Source of the DNA: Chthoniobacteraceae bacterium | GTDB taxonomy: Bacteria > Verrucomicrobiota > Verrucomicrobiia > Chthoniobacterales > Chthoniobacteraceae | NCBI GenBank assembly: GCA_031409655.1 | Contig: JANNXQ010000130.1 | Span: forward strand, 1-64,000 | Length of the DNA stretch: 64,000 nt | Direction of reading: 5' to 3' | Shown here: positions 9,498 to 19,288 of the stretch, in pieces | Layout: each line of letters opens with the position of its first letter | Numbering within the stretch: position 1 is the stretch's first letter | Made by a program: the position numbers and the translations under genes | Notes under the pieces: model-generated | Databases searched by the model: none | Told to the model about the DNA's origin: nothing | What the model saw: the letters and a program-made list of their open reading frames with translations, nothing else

Positions 9498-10967
9498 TCA
9501 GGCGGAAGGAGTTTTTTCATCGAGATTCTCCTCGGCGGGGACGGCGTAGCGCGTCTTGATCCGCTCGCGGGCCGCTTCCACAGCCGCACGCTCGAGGACC
9601 AGTGGCCGGCCCGTGCCGAGGAACTCGATGACGTAAAATTCCGGCTTCTCCGCAAAGGCCGCAGCCATGTCCTTGAGCGTGTCGATCTTCTTCCCGTTGA
9701 TCTTGTCCACGATGCCTTCGCGAAACTCGGTCAGATAGGTATTCAGCGGATCCGGGAGGATCGCCGTGAGGATGACGATCTCGGGATGCTGGCGATAGAT
9801 CTCCTTCGTGATGAAGTGATCGTAGAAGTAACTGATCCGCAGATTATCAAAGGAGTACGCGCCGAGCAGATTGCGCGAGAGCGGCTGGAAGAGCAGTCCG
9901 CCGAAAAGCACGTAGCGCGGCTGCTGTTCGTATTGCTGCGCTTGCAGGGTAAAGGGCCACGCCTCGGTGAACTTCACCTCCACCTCCATCGGCTTGCGGT
10001 CCCGCAGGATCGAGAGCTTCACCGAATCCCCGCGATACTTCCGCTCCGCCACCTCGCTCATGAGCACGCGCTCGCCCTCGAGTTCCACCATGCCGTCGCT
10101 GGTGATCCGGAGACCATCGATGGCCAGCAGCACGTCGCCGGGATGCACGATCCCGTAGCAGACGCCCGCCTCCTGGACATTGCTCACCACCACGCCGTGA
10201 TCGTCATTCGGCAGCCCCAGCGCCTTCCGCATCGCCGGGTTCAGCGTATTGAAAAAGCCAATCGAGAGATCCATGTAGCGGTCATAGCGGCCGTCCTCGA
10301 TGTCCTTCAGGAAATGCTGAATCACCGGCGTCGGGATCATATAGCCCACGTTCTGCGCGACATCGCCCGAGTAGCCCTGGAAAGCGACGCCCACGACCTT
10401 GCCATTTTGCAGCACGGGCCCGCCCGAATTGCCGGGATTGATCGCCGCGTCGATCTGGATCGTGAGATGCGAATCCACCGTCGAGTGCGTGTAAGTGCGG
10501 AAGTCGATCCGCGACACCACGCCCTGCGTGACGCTCAGCCGCTCCCCGCCGATCGGGTAGCCGAAGACGGACACCATCGACTCCAGCTCCGGGATGCCGC
10601 CGATCGCCAGCGGCTGCGTGCCCACGAAGAACGAAGCCTCCTGCACCTTCAGCAGCGCCAGATCGCAGTCATGCGCGATGTGCTCCACGGTCGCGATGTA
10701 CTTCTTCGGATCGTTCTCCTTCTCCACCGTCAAAAAGCGCGCATTGCTGACCACATGGGCATTCGTGAGCAGCCGATCCTTCGAGACCACCCACCCCGTC
10801 CCACTCCCCCCCGCCACCTGCCCCGGCAACCACGGCACGCGATAATTTGCCTCCTGCATCGTATTCGTGACCCGCGCGACACTCTTGCGGATTTCGCCGG
10901 GCTGCGCGGCGGCCGAAAGCGTCAGCAGGGAGAGCAAAAGGGAGAAAAGCCGCAAGCGACGGATCAT
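9498..10967 (-). CDS. Deg/HtrA-family serine protease with PDZ domains
   Basis: LTNAHVV, HDCDLALL, INPGNSGGP, C-terminal FGGLLFQPL PDZ-like domain; signal peptide; ATG at 10967. Confidence 0.9.
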   Translation of the reverse strand: MIRRLRLFSLLLSLLTLSAAAQPGEIRKSVARVTNTMQEANYRVPWLPGQVAGGSGTGWVVSKDRLLTNAHVVSNARFLTVEKENDPKKYIATVEHIAHDCDLALLKVQEASFFVGTQPLAIGGIPELESMVSVFGYPIGGERLSVTQGVVSRIDFRTYTHSTVDSHLTIQIDAAINPGNSGGPVLQNGKVVGVAFQGYSGDVAQNVGYMIPTPVIQHFLKDIEDGRYDRYMDLSIGFFNTLNPAMRKALGLPNDDHGVVVSNVQEAGVCYGIVHPGDVLLAIDGLRITSDGMVELEGERVLMSEVAERKYRGDSVKLSILRDRKPMEVEVKFTEAWPFTLQAQQYEQQPRYVLFGGLLFQPLSRNLLGAYSFDNLRISYFYDHFITKEIYRQHPEIVILTAILPDPLNTYLTEFREGIVDKINGKKIDTLKDMAAAFAEKPEFYVIEFLGTGRPLVLERAAVEAARERIKTRYAVPAEENLDEKTPSA

Positions 10968-11090
10968 GAGGCGGGGAAGATGCACGCCCTCCCCTATGCT
11001 GTAAAAGGGAAAGACTTGTGCGGCGGGCACCTGCCCGCCTTCCACCCTCCGCCACCGGTGGATCTGCACTGCGACCGGGGAAACCTTGAG

Positions 11091-12050
11091 CTAGTTGGGA
11101 CCGGAAGCCTGTACTTCAAGATCGACAATCAACGGCAGGTGGTCAGAGCCCACCTTCGGCCCAACCCGAATCCCGGCTACAGTGAGCGACGCACTGACCA
11201 GGCAGTGATCGAGCGGAATCATCAGCAGCGGGAAAAACGAGGGCCACGTCGGCAGAATGCCGTGTCCCCGACGTGCGTCGCGCAAACCGGAGTTTCGCAG
11301 CAGCCGCTGATAGTCTGGCGACCACGGGGTAACATTCAAATCACCAATCAGGATCGTCGGGTTTTTTAACTGGCGGGCCACTGCCGCGAGGCCTCGGAGT
11401 TGCGCATTTCGCGCGTCAAACGCACTCCTGCTCCCAGGTGGCAATGGGTGGCTCGCCAGCAGCGAGATGGCTTGGCTGCCAAAATGGACATCGGTGAGGA
11501 TCGTGGGCACCTCGCTTTCCAAATCGACCTCGCGCGGGTCGATCAGCCGGCCCCTGCTTAACACCGCGATTCCGAAATTGTCCTCGCGAGTGATCCACGT
11601 GGAGAATGGGTAGGTTTCCCGAAGCGACTCCAAGTCAGCCATCCAGCGCTCGTTCACCTCCTGCAAAATGACCAAATCCGGCCGCTCTCGTTGAATCAAG
11701 GAAAGGAGCGGGGCCGACTGAAGATTTGCCGTATAGACGTTGCAGAGGAGAAGGCGGAGGGGAAAGCCGGCAGTCGGTCGAGTCGTAGAGATTCCGAAGT
11801 ACGACGGTGCAATCGCAAAGCCATTGACAACGACGCTTAGCAACCCAATCGCCGCCCATCGCCCATCTCGCAAGGCTAGCGAAGCGCAGGTGCAGACTAC
11901 CGCGGCGACCAGATATTGGAGTCTGAAATGGCAAGTCAGCTCAAAGAGCCAATAGACGTCAGCAACGCTAGCGGTGAGTGTCGGGAGCAACACCAAACAG
12001 GCAAACATCCGCGACTTGTCCCGGGCGAAATTCAGAATCAATTTTGTCAT
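11091..12050 (-). CDS. Endonuclease/exonuclease/phosphatase family protein with N-terminal membrane helices
   Basis: LCNVY, ILQEV, IGDLNVTPWS, PLDHCLV, GSDHLP. Confidence 0.88.
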   Translation of the reverse strand: MTKLILNFARDKSRMFACLVLLPTLTASVADVYWLFELTCHFRLQYLVAAVVCTCASLALRDGRWAAIGLLSVVVNGFAIAPSYFGISTTRPTAGFPLRLLLCNVYTANLQSAPLLSLIQRERPDLVILQEVNERWMADLESLRETYPFSTWITREDNFGIAVLSRGRLIDPREVDLESEVPTILTDVHFGSQAISLLASHPLPPGSRSAFDARNAQLRGLAAVARQLKNPTILIGDLNVTPWSPDYQRLLRNSGLRDARRGHGILPTWPSFFPLLMIPLDHCLVSASLTVAGIRVGPKVGSDHLPLIVDLEVQASGPN

Positions 12051-12217
12051 GGGCGCAATGGATTCGGCTCTCTAGTCTTGTTCCCGATGGCGGCGTCTTG
12101 TCGCGATGCCTAAAGACGATAGCGAGATCGAAATCCTCTGTAAGAAAAAGCTCTATGGAGCGAAGCCAAGAGCGGAGAGTGAGCGCCAAGCAGCCGATCA
12201 CCGGCTCTCAACGCTGA

Positions 12218-12949
12218 GCTCTGGTCTTCCCGAACTACGTGCGCCCGCAGTACAGCGGTCTCTTTTCGAAAACGAAGCCCTACCGCGAGGCCGCGGACTT
12301 CCCCACCATCACGGACAAACCCGCCGCCTCGACCCTGCGCGAAAGCGGCGAGCGCGGCGAGTTGGACGGGCACTTCGGCGACAAGCTCGACGCCAATGTA
12401 CTTCTTAATTTCTAGCAGTTCGTCCACGAGCACCTCAAGGCCAAAGCGAAGGACGTGGAGCGGCTGCGGAAGTACTCCTGCCCGAAGTGCAAAGAGGGAG
12501 TGACCGACCGCTGCGCAATCGACACCGCACTGACCAAGAAGCGCACCAGTCTCCTCTGCAACTACTGCGACCACGCGGACGCCGGGGTAATCGATCTGAG
12601 GGACGTGCTGGAGAAGCAATTCACGAGCAAGGAAGGCGAAGCGCAGGCCGATCTGGCCGCGGCCTTGCCCGCCTTCACCGAGAGCAAGTCCATCTTTGAA
12701 CGCCTCGCCGCCAGCGACCCCGCCAATGCCGCGTGGCAGCGCGACCTTTTCTACAGCATGGCCATGATCGCCACGAGGGTCTTCCAACCGCAGGAGCGCT
12801 GGGCAGAGGCGCTGGAACTGATGGAAAAAGGCCTGGCCATTAACGAACGCCTGGCCGCGATCGATCCGACGAATGTGATGTGGCAGAACGATGTGCGAGT
12901 GAGCCGCCGCGTGGTGGCCGGGCTGCGCGCCCAGGTGGCAGGGAAATAG
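12218..12949 (+). pseudogene. Truncated remnant: COR-like segment, zinc ribbon and TPR-like repeats
   Basis: The frame of ORF 12455..12949 extends upstream through an in-frame TAG (12413-12415) to TGA at 12215; LVFPNY...F*QFVHEHL...CPKC...CNYC, then ERLAASDPANAAWQRDL / ERLAAIDPTNVMWQND. Confidence 0.55.
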
Positions 12950-12988
12950 CCCGCCGCGGCCCACGCCGCGGCGCAGCCGCCCAGCCTC

Positions 12989-13153
12989 GGTGGATGGCGC
13001 GCTCCGCCGCGCCATGGGTACACCCTCCGCGCCGCGCGCTGCCTGAACTCGCGGCGCACCCTGCGGCGCATCTGGGCGAGAGCGCGGGAGGGAGAGATGG
13101 GCGGCGGTGCCGCGTTGGCTTTGGCCATGGCGCGGCGGAGCGCGCCATCCACC
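12989..13153. repeat. REPIN-like element, family A
   Basis: Perfect 29-bp inverted repeat 12989-13017 / 13125-13153; arm nearly identical to 6485-6518. Confidence 0.85.
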
Positions 13154-13374
13154 TGGATTTGGCCGGCGGCTACTTTCGGAACGGCTGGTCCCGCTCTCTG
13201 CGCCGAAACGGCGAAAATCGCGGGCCTTGGCGACAGATCATCAAAAATCCGTGGCTTCCCGGCTCCGGTTTGCCATTTTCCGGAGCCAGTCGGCGGCTTT
13301 CAGGGTCGGGGCTTCAGGGGGCTGGCGGGAGCGCGGAAATCGGGCTCCGGGAGAGCGGTTCTTGCGAGCATCGC

Positions 13375-13483
13375 GCGCTTTGGGGGCCGGAGGCAGCTTG
13401 CTGCCGTGGGCGGGGGGGCTTCGGTGGGAGGCGGCCCGCGGAACGCTCCTGCCGCGCGGACGAGTCCGCGCAGTCCAAAGCGC
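13375..13483. repeat. REPIN-like element, family C (degenerate left arm)
   Basis: 13454-13483 matches 58085-58114 at 29/30 nt; left arm begins GCGCTTTGG. Confidence 0.7.
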
Positions 13484-13624
13484 CCGGTGCTGTTTCTAGG
13501 CTGGTCGTGGCCGGTGGGGCGGGTGGTCGCGCGGCGTTGCCAGGGGATCGGGTGCTGCTGCCTGGGGCGGGGCAAACTTCAAACCATGCCGATCCGGTTC
13601 GTGGCTAAATGGCGGGGGGAGTTG

Positions 13625-13706
13625 GACAGGATTATCAAGATTGGCAGGATTCACAGGATTCCATCTGTCGAAATCCTGGAATCCTCTGAATCCTGTGATT
13701 CCTGTC
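13625..13706. repeat. Inverted 9-nt tandem repeat (nnCAGGATT)4 ... (AATCCTGnn)4
   Basis: Units gacaggatt/atcaagatt/ggcaggatt/cacaggatt and aatcctgg/aatcctctg/aatcctgtg/attcctgtc. Confidence 0.75.
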
Positions 13707-13770
13707 TCCAGTTCGGGAAGCTTGGCCACGAACTCGATAGGCAAACTTCAAACTTCAAACGCCCAAGGAC

Positions 13771-13851
13771 GGTGAGGGGGCACTTTCGCCGAAAGTGAGA
13801 TGGCAGTCCTCGGGGCCACCGCGGCTGTTTTGGCGAAACTGCCCCACCACC
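13771..13851. repeat. Imperfect inverted repeat, REP-like family D
   Basis: 13771-13794 vs reverse complement of 13828-13851: 20/24; left arm contains the CACTTTC-GCC-GAAAGTG hairpin. Confidence 0.55.
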
Positions 13852-14085
13852 CAAAGGAGACGGCCCGATTTCCCTAAATTCGTTGCGGGGCAGGATCGTC
13901 GGGGACGGACGGGGTGGCCCGGGCGGCGCGGATGGAGTTTCATGGTTGACGGGTTCCGCGCAGCGCCGGTAGCTTCACGCCCCGCTAAAAAACGACCCGC
14001 AAAATACCCAAAAAAATCGCGGCCTGCGCCAGGATCGCTCGGAAAAATGCCAGTTCCGAGTAGCCAGCGCGGGCACTTTTTATCT

Positions 14086-15255
14086 ATGGCCGAAGAACTT
14101 TCCTACGTACTCGTCACTCCATACTCGATCCGCAAGTCGCGGACGGGTGGCATCCTCGCCCGCATCATCTCGCGGACGGGGCTGGAGATCGTGGCGGCGC
14201 GGATGTTTGCCCCGAGTGCAGAGTTGGTGAAAAATTACGCGGCGATGATCGTGAGCGATCCGGAGCCGAGCCATCGGGCGACGCAGGAACTGATCAAACA
14301 GTACGTCCTGACGAATTTCATGCCGGGCGGGGCGGTGAAGCGGCCGCGGGTGCTGATGCTGATCTTTAAGGGCGAGGATGCGGTGATGAAGGTGCGGACG
14401 ACGGTGGGGCACATCGTGAATGAGCGGACGAGTGGGGAGACGATCCGCGATACCTACGGCGACTACATGGCGGACGCGAATGGCTTGGTGACTTACTTTG
14501 AACCGGCGGTGCTGGCGCCGCCGGACGCGGCTTCGGCGAAGGCGGATCTGCTGCTCTGGGCGCAGTATTCGGACTCGGATGGTGGGCTGCTGGAAAATGC
14601 GGTGGAGTATCCGCCGGGCTCAAAGGTCGAGAAGACGCTGGTGCTGATCAAGCCGGACAATTTCCGCTTTCCGAATGCGCGGCCGGGCGGCGTGATCGAT
14701 CTCTTTTCCCGGACCAATCTGTACATCATCGCCTGCAAGGTGCATCGCATGAGCGTGGCGCAGGCGGAGGAGTTCTACGGGCCCGTGCTGGAGGTGCTGA
14801 TGGATAAGCTGCGCGGGCGCTCCGGCGAGACGGCGAAGGCGGTGCTGGAGAAGGAGTTTGGGATCACGCTTTCCGCGGAGACGGTGCAGCAGCTCGGGGA
14901 CATCCTGGGGCCGATCAATGGCCGGGATAACTGGGAGCAGATCGTGAAATTCATGGCGGGCCTGAAGCCGAGCGAATGTCCGGCGGACAAGCGCAACGAG
15001 CCGGGCAGCGAAAAGTGCATCGCGCTCTGCTACCAGGGCGTGGATGCGGTGCGGAAGATCCGCGAGGTGCTCGGGCCGACCGATCCCTCGAAGGCGCCTC
15101 CCGGGACGATTCGCCGCGAGTTTGGCTCGACCATCATGGTCAATGCCGCCCACGCGAGCGACGCTCCCGAGAATGCGGCCCGCGAAATGGGCATCGTGCA
15201 GATCTCCGAGAATAACCTGCGACCGCTCGTCGAGAGTTGGTTTGCAAAGAAATGA
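14086..15255 (+). CDS. ndk: Nucleoside-diphosphate kinase family protein with two NDK-like domains
   Basis: C-terminal domain EKTLVLIKPD ... GPTDPSKAPPGTIRREFG ... NAAHASD; N-terminal domain LSYVLVTPY ... ETIRDTYG lacks the catalytic His; ATG at 14086. Confidence 0.75.
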   Translation: MAEELSYVLVTPYSIRKSRTGGILARIISRTGLEIVAARMFAPSAELVKNYAAMIVSDPEPSHRATQELIKQYVLTNFMPGGAVKRPRVLMLIFKGEDAVMKVRTTVGHIVNERTSGETIRDTYGDYMADANGLVTYFEPAVLAPPDAASAKADLLLWAQYSDSDGGLLENAVEYPPGSKVEKTLVLIKPDNFRFPNARPGGVIDLFSRTNLYIIACKVHRMSVAQAEEFYGPVLEVLMDKLRGRSGETAKAVLEKEFGITLSAETVQQLGDILGPINGRDNWEQIVKFMAGLKPSECPADKRNEPGSEKCIALCYQGVDAVRKIREVLGPTDPSKAPPGTIRREFGSTIMVNAAHASDAPENAAREMGIVQISENNLRPLVESWFAKK

Positions 15256-15266
15256 GCGGCACCTTC

Positions 15267-15294
15267 CAATCTGAAATCTTAAATCTTAAATCCT
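15267..15294. repeat. 7-nt tandem repeat (AAATCTT-type, four units)
   Basis: caatctg aaatctt aaatctt aaatcct in the short gap between ndk and the aminotransferase. Confidence 0.6.
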
Positions 15295-15302
15295 CAATGA
15301 CC

Positions 15303-16463
15303 ATGGACCTCTCCCACCGCGCCACCATCCTCTCGCCCTCGCTCACGCTCAGCATCGACTCGAAAGCCAAGGCGATGAAAGCCGAAGGCATCGACGTCTG
15401 CAGCTTCGGGGCCGGTGAGCCCGATTTTGACACGCCTGAGCACATCAAGAAAGCGGCCGCCGAGGCGCTCGCTGCTGGCTTTACGAAATACACGCCCAGC
15501 TCTGGCATCCCCGAACTGCGCCAGGCCATCGCGGATAAATTCCTGGCCGACAACCAGCTCGCCTTTAAGCCAAACCAGATCGTGGTCAGCAATGGCGCGA
15601 AACATTCCTGCTACAATGCGATCCTCGCGACGTGCCAGCCCGGTGATGAGGTGATCATCCCCGCGCCTTACTGGCTGAGCTATCCGGAGATGGTCCGGCT
15701 CGCCGGCGCTGATCCGGTCTTCATCGCGACGAAGGAGGAGAACAACTGGAAGATGACGGCGGAGGAATTTCAGGACGCGATGACGCCGCGCACGAAGATG
15801 GTGATCCTGAACTCGCCCGGCAATCCGACGGGCAGCGTTTATACGAAGGAAGAACTCACGGCCATCGTGGAAGTCGCTTCGGACGAAGAGATCCTGATCC
15901 TCTCCGACGAGATTTACGAGAAGCTCACCTATGACGATGTGCCGCACGTCAGCGTCGCGTCGCTGCCTGGTGCGTATGACATCACGATCACCGTGAATGG
16001 TTTCTCGAAAGCCTACGCGATGACCGGCTGGCGGCTCGGCTACATCGGCGCGCCCGAGGCGATCGCGAAGGCCATCGACGCCATCCAGAGCCACTCGACT
16101 TCCGGCGTGTGTTCCTTTGCGCAAAAGGGTGCGGTGGCCGCGCTCAAGGGCGACCAGTCCGCGGTGGAAGATATGCGCGGGGAATTCGACGTGCGCCGCA
16201 ATTACATGGTGAACCGCGTGAAGGCGCTGCCCCGCGTGACCGTCGTGAATCCGCAGGGTGCCTTTTATGTGCTGATGAACATCAGCCAGCTCGGCCTCAC
16301 CTCGACGAACTTCGCCGACCGCCTGCTCAGCAAGCATCACGTGGCCGTGGTCCCCGGCATCGCCTTTGGCGACGACCGCACCATCCGCCTGAGCTACGCC
16401 ACGAGCCTCGACGTCATCAAAAAGGGCCTCGATCGCATCGAAGAGTTCTGCAAGACGCTGTAG
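15303..16463 (+). CDS. PLP-dependent class I/II aminotransferase (aspartate aminotransferase-like)
   Basis: GEPDFDTP, NSPGNPTG, SDEIYE, GFSKAYAMTGWRLGY; start 15297 or 15303. Confidence 0.92.
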   Translation: MDLSHRATILSPSLTLSIDSKAKAMKAEGIDVCSFGAGEPDFDTPEHIKKAAAEALAAGFTKYTPSSGIPELRQAIADKFLADNQLAFKPNQIVVSNGAKHSCYNAILATCQPGDEVIIPAPYWLSYPEMVRLAGADPVFIATKEENNWKMTAEEFQDAMTPRTKMVILNSPGNPTGSVYTKEELTAIVEVASDEEILILSDEIYEKLTYDDVPHVSVASLPGAYDITITVNGFSKAYAMTGWRLGYIGAPEAIAKAIDAIQSHSTSGVCSFAQKGAVAALKGDQSAVEDMRGEFDVRRNYMVNRVKALPRVTVVNPQGAFYVLMNISQLGLTSTNFADRLLSKHHVAVVPGIAFGDDRTIRLSYATSLDVIKKGLDRIEEFCKTL

Positions 16464-16615
16464 TCCTGCCGGAGCGCCGCTGCGGCCCCCGCCAAGGCCC
16501 GCTCCACGGGTTTCGCTCGACGAATAAACGAACTCCTTCGGCCAAAATTCGCGCGCAAATTTGCACCCACCAAACCCGGGCGTATCTTCCCGGAGTGTTG
16601 GTGTTGTTGGGCAAA

Positions 16616-16648
16616 GAACCGCGCGGCTATTGGGTGGCCGCGCGGTTC
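16616..16648. other. GC-rich perfect hairpin in the intergenic region before purH
   Basis: GAACCGCGCGGC (16616-16627) / GCCGCGCGGTTC (16637-16648). Confidence 0.6.
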
Positions 16649-16685
16649 AGTCCCCCGACTCAGGCCGGCCTCGCCGCAGGACAGA

Positions 16686-16715
16686 TTGACCACCGCAATA
16701 TGGGCACCCTAGCGT
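16686..16715 (+). promoter_or_regulatory. Possible sigma70-type promoter of purH
   Basis: TTGACC, 18 nt, TAGCGT, ending 11 nt before the ATG. Confidence 0.3.
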
Positions 16716-16725
16716 CCTTTTTCTC

Positions 16726-18273
16726 ATGACCACTCCGCGCAAGATCGTCCGCGCCCTCATCTCCGTTTCCGACAAGACCGGGCTCGTCCCTTTTGCCCGC
16801 GACCTCGTGGACATGGGCATCCAGATCATCTCCACCGGCGGCACCGCCAAGCTCCTCGCCAAGGAAGGCATCGCGGTCCAGGAGATCTCGGATTTCACCG
16901 GCTTCCCCGAGATCCTGGACGGACGCGTGAAGACGCTGCACCCGAAAGTCCACGGTGGCCTGCTTTACCTCCGGGAAAGCGCGGACCATGTGGCGCAGGC
17001 GGCGCAGCATGGCATCGAGCCGATCGACCTCGTGGTGGTGAATCTTTACCCCTTTGCCGAGACGATCGCGAAGCCCGGCACCACGCTCGAAGAAGCTATC
17101 GAGCAGATCGACATTGGCGGCCCATCGATGCTCCGCAGTGCGGCGAAAAACTACCGCTCGGTGACCGTGGTGGTGGATCCCGCGGACTACGCGGACGTGC
17201 TCGAGTCCATCCGCGACAACGACGGCACGACCACGCTGAAGTTGCGTGAGCGGCTCGGGATCAAGGTCTTCGTGGTCACCTCCAGCTACGACGAGGCGAT
17301 CGCGAATTACCTCAACAGAGAGCAGCAGGCCACGTCCTCTTTTTCCATCTCCCTGCCCTGCGTCGCCCGCCTCCGCTACGGTGAAAATCCGCACCAGACT
17401 GGCTCGCTTTACGGCGCGTGGGACGAGCATTTCCAAAAGCTCCACGGCAAGGATCTGTCTTACAATAACATCCTCGATATCACCGCGGCCTCGGAGCTGA
17501 TCGAGGAATTCACGGAACCGACCGTCGCCATCCTGAAGCACACCAATCCGTGCGGCGTGGGCAGCGATCCCGATCTGCGCGAGGCCTGGGACAAGGCCTT
17601 CGCCACGGACAAGCAGGCCCCCTTCGGTGGCATCATCATCTGCAATCGCCCACTCACCGAGGCACTGGCCAAGGCGATCAGCGGGATCTTTAGCGAAGTG
17701 ATCATCGCCCCGGATTTCGAGGCCGATGCGCGCGCGCTTTTGCAGAAAAAGAAGAATCTGCGGCTGATGCGGAAACTCTCCGTGCCGAAGCCGAAAGATC
17801 CGGAGGCCGACCTGCTCATGCGCAGCGTCGCCGGCGGCGTGCTCGTCCAGAGTCGCGACGCGGAGCCCGAGACGGAGCTGGAGAAAAAGGTCGTCACCGA
17901 GCGCCCGCCGACCATGCACGAGATGGCCGCGATGCTCTTCGGCTGGCGGGTCGTGAAGCATGTGAAATCCAACGCCATCGTGTACGCTGCGGCGGATCGC
18001 ACCCTGGGTATCGGCGCGGGCCAGATGTCCCGGGTGGACGCCTCCCGCATCGCCATCTGGAAAGCGGGCGACGCCGGCCTTTCGCTGGCCGGCAGTGCCG
18101 TCGCGAGCGACGCTTTCTTCCCCTTCCCCGACGGCCTCATCGCCGCCGCCGAAGCCGGCGCCACCTGCGCCATTCAACCCGGCGGCTCCGTCAAGGATCC
18201 GGAAGTGATCGCCGCCGCCAACGAGCGCAAGATGGCCATGATCTGCACTGGCCTGAGGCACTTCCGGCACTGA
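16726..18273 (+). CDS. purH: Bifunctional AICAR formyltransferase/IMP cyclohydrolase
   Basis: [71 protein letters not shown]. Confidence 0.97.
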   Translation: MTTPRKIVRALISVSDKTGLVPFARDLVDMGIQIISTGGTAKLLAKEGIAVQEISDFTGFPEILDGRVKTLHPKVHGGLLYLRESADHVAQAAQHGIEPIDLVVVNLYPFAETIAKPGTTLEEAIEQIDIGGPSMLRSAAKNYRSVTVVVDPADYADVLESIRDNDGTTTLKLRERLGIKVFVVTSSYDEAIANYLNREQQATSSFSISLPCVARLRYGENPHQTGSLYGAWDEHFQKLHGKDLSYNNILDITAASELIEEFTEPTVAILKHTNPCGVGSDPDLREAWDKAFATDKQAPFGGIIICNRPLTEALAKAISGIFSEVIIAPDFEADARALLQKKKNLRLMRKLSVPKPKDPEADLLMRSVAGGVLVQSRDAEPETELEKKVVTERPPTMHEMAAMLFGWRVVKHVKSNAIVYAAADRTLGIGAGQMSRVDASRIAIWKAGDAGLSLAGSAVASDAFFPFPDGLIAAAEAGATCAIQPGGSVKDPEVIAAANERKMAMICTGLRHFRH

Positions 18274-18282
18274 TCGAAGAAT

Positions 18283-18366
18283 GTGAATAGTGACTGGTGA
18301 CTGGTGGATAGTGCCCCACCCACTCGCGCGACCTTCACCATCCACTAGTCACCAGTCACTATTCAC
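18283..18366. repeat. Inverted 7-nt-periodic repeat (GTGACTG-type) forming a 27-bp hairpin
   Basis: 18283-18309 vs 18340-18366: 26/27 complementary, the mismatch being a G:U pair in RNA. Confidence 0.8.
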
Positions 18367-18380
18367 CTCTGCCCATCCCC

Positions 18381-19136
18381 ATGAAGCTAGGCGTCAATAT
18401 CGACCACGTCGCCACGCTCCGGCAGGCCCGCTACGCGGGATCGCTGGACTCGCCCAATGCGGAGCCCGACCTCGTCGCCGCCGCCGCCGCAGCCGAGCGC
18501 GGCGGAGCCCAGGGGATCACCGTCCATCTGCGCGCTGACCGCCGGCACATCCAGGACCGCGACATTACCCGCCTGCGCGAGACTTTGCTCACGAAGATGA
18601 ATCTCGAGATGGGCAACACGCCCGACATTCTCGAATTTGCCCTGCGGGTCATCCCCGAGGAGGTCTGCCTCGTCCCGGAGAACCGCAAGGAGATCACCAC
18701 CGAAGGCGGCCTCGACGCGGTGCGCTCCGAGAAGCAACTCGCGCCGACGATCAAGCGCCTCCAGGCCCACGAGATTCGCGTCAGTCTTTTCATCGAGCCG
18801 TCGCCGGATCAGATCGACGCCGCCCACCGGCTCGGTGCCGATATCGTGGAATTGCACACCGGCGCCTTTGCCAACGCCACCGGCATCGGGCTGAAAGGCG
18901 AACTCACCCGCTTGCGTTCCGCCGCCGAATACGCCCACTCCGCCGGCCTGCAAGTGAACGCCGGCCACGGCATCAACTACCTGAACATCCGCCTCGTCCG
19001 CACCGTCTCGCACCTTGCGGAGCTGAACATCGGCCACTCCATCGTCTCCCGGTCCGTCCTCGTGGGCCTGGAAGCCGCGACCGCGGAAATGCTCGCGGCG
19101 ATGGGCGGCGTGGAATGGTCCCATCTCGTGAAATAA
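18381..19136 (+). CDS. pdxJ: Pyridoxine 5'-phosphate synthase
   Basis: LGVNIDHVATLRQAR, ITVHLRADRRHI, TTEGGLD, NAGHG, ELNIGHSI. Confidence 0.96.
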   Translation: MKLGVNIDHVATLRQARYAGSLDSPNAEPDLVAAAAAAERGGAQGITVHLRADRRHIQDRDITRLRETLLTKMNLEMGNTPDILEFALRVIPEEVCLVPENRKEITTEGGLDAVRSEKQLAPTIKRLQAHEIRVSLFIEPSPDQIDAAHRLGADIVELHTGAFANATGIGLKGELTRLRSAAEYAHSAGLQVNAGHGINYLNIRLVRTVSHLAELNIGHSIVSRSVLVGLEAATAEMLAAMGGVEWSHLVK

Positions 19137-19288
19137 AACGGACCCTCCGCCTCCTCCTCCTCTGAGCGTTTCGCATAGGAGGTGGTGGTGTGATTAAATG
19201 TAGTGCCATGCGGGATGCGCGCGATGTCCCGGAGGGACGCTGGAAACTAGATACCGTGTTGGTCAAGAGAGGAAAAGAAGGGAGGGAT

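Noticed and set aside
13097..13798. ORFs across the repeat tract (12880..13608, 13097..13798) and the N-terminal extension 13795-14085 of ndk
   Set aside because: Translations of palindromic repeats with Gly/Arg-rich low complexity
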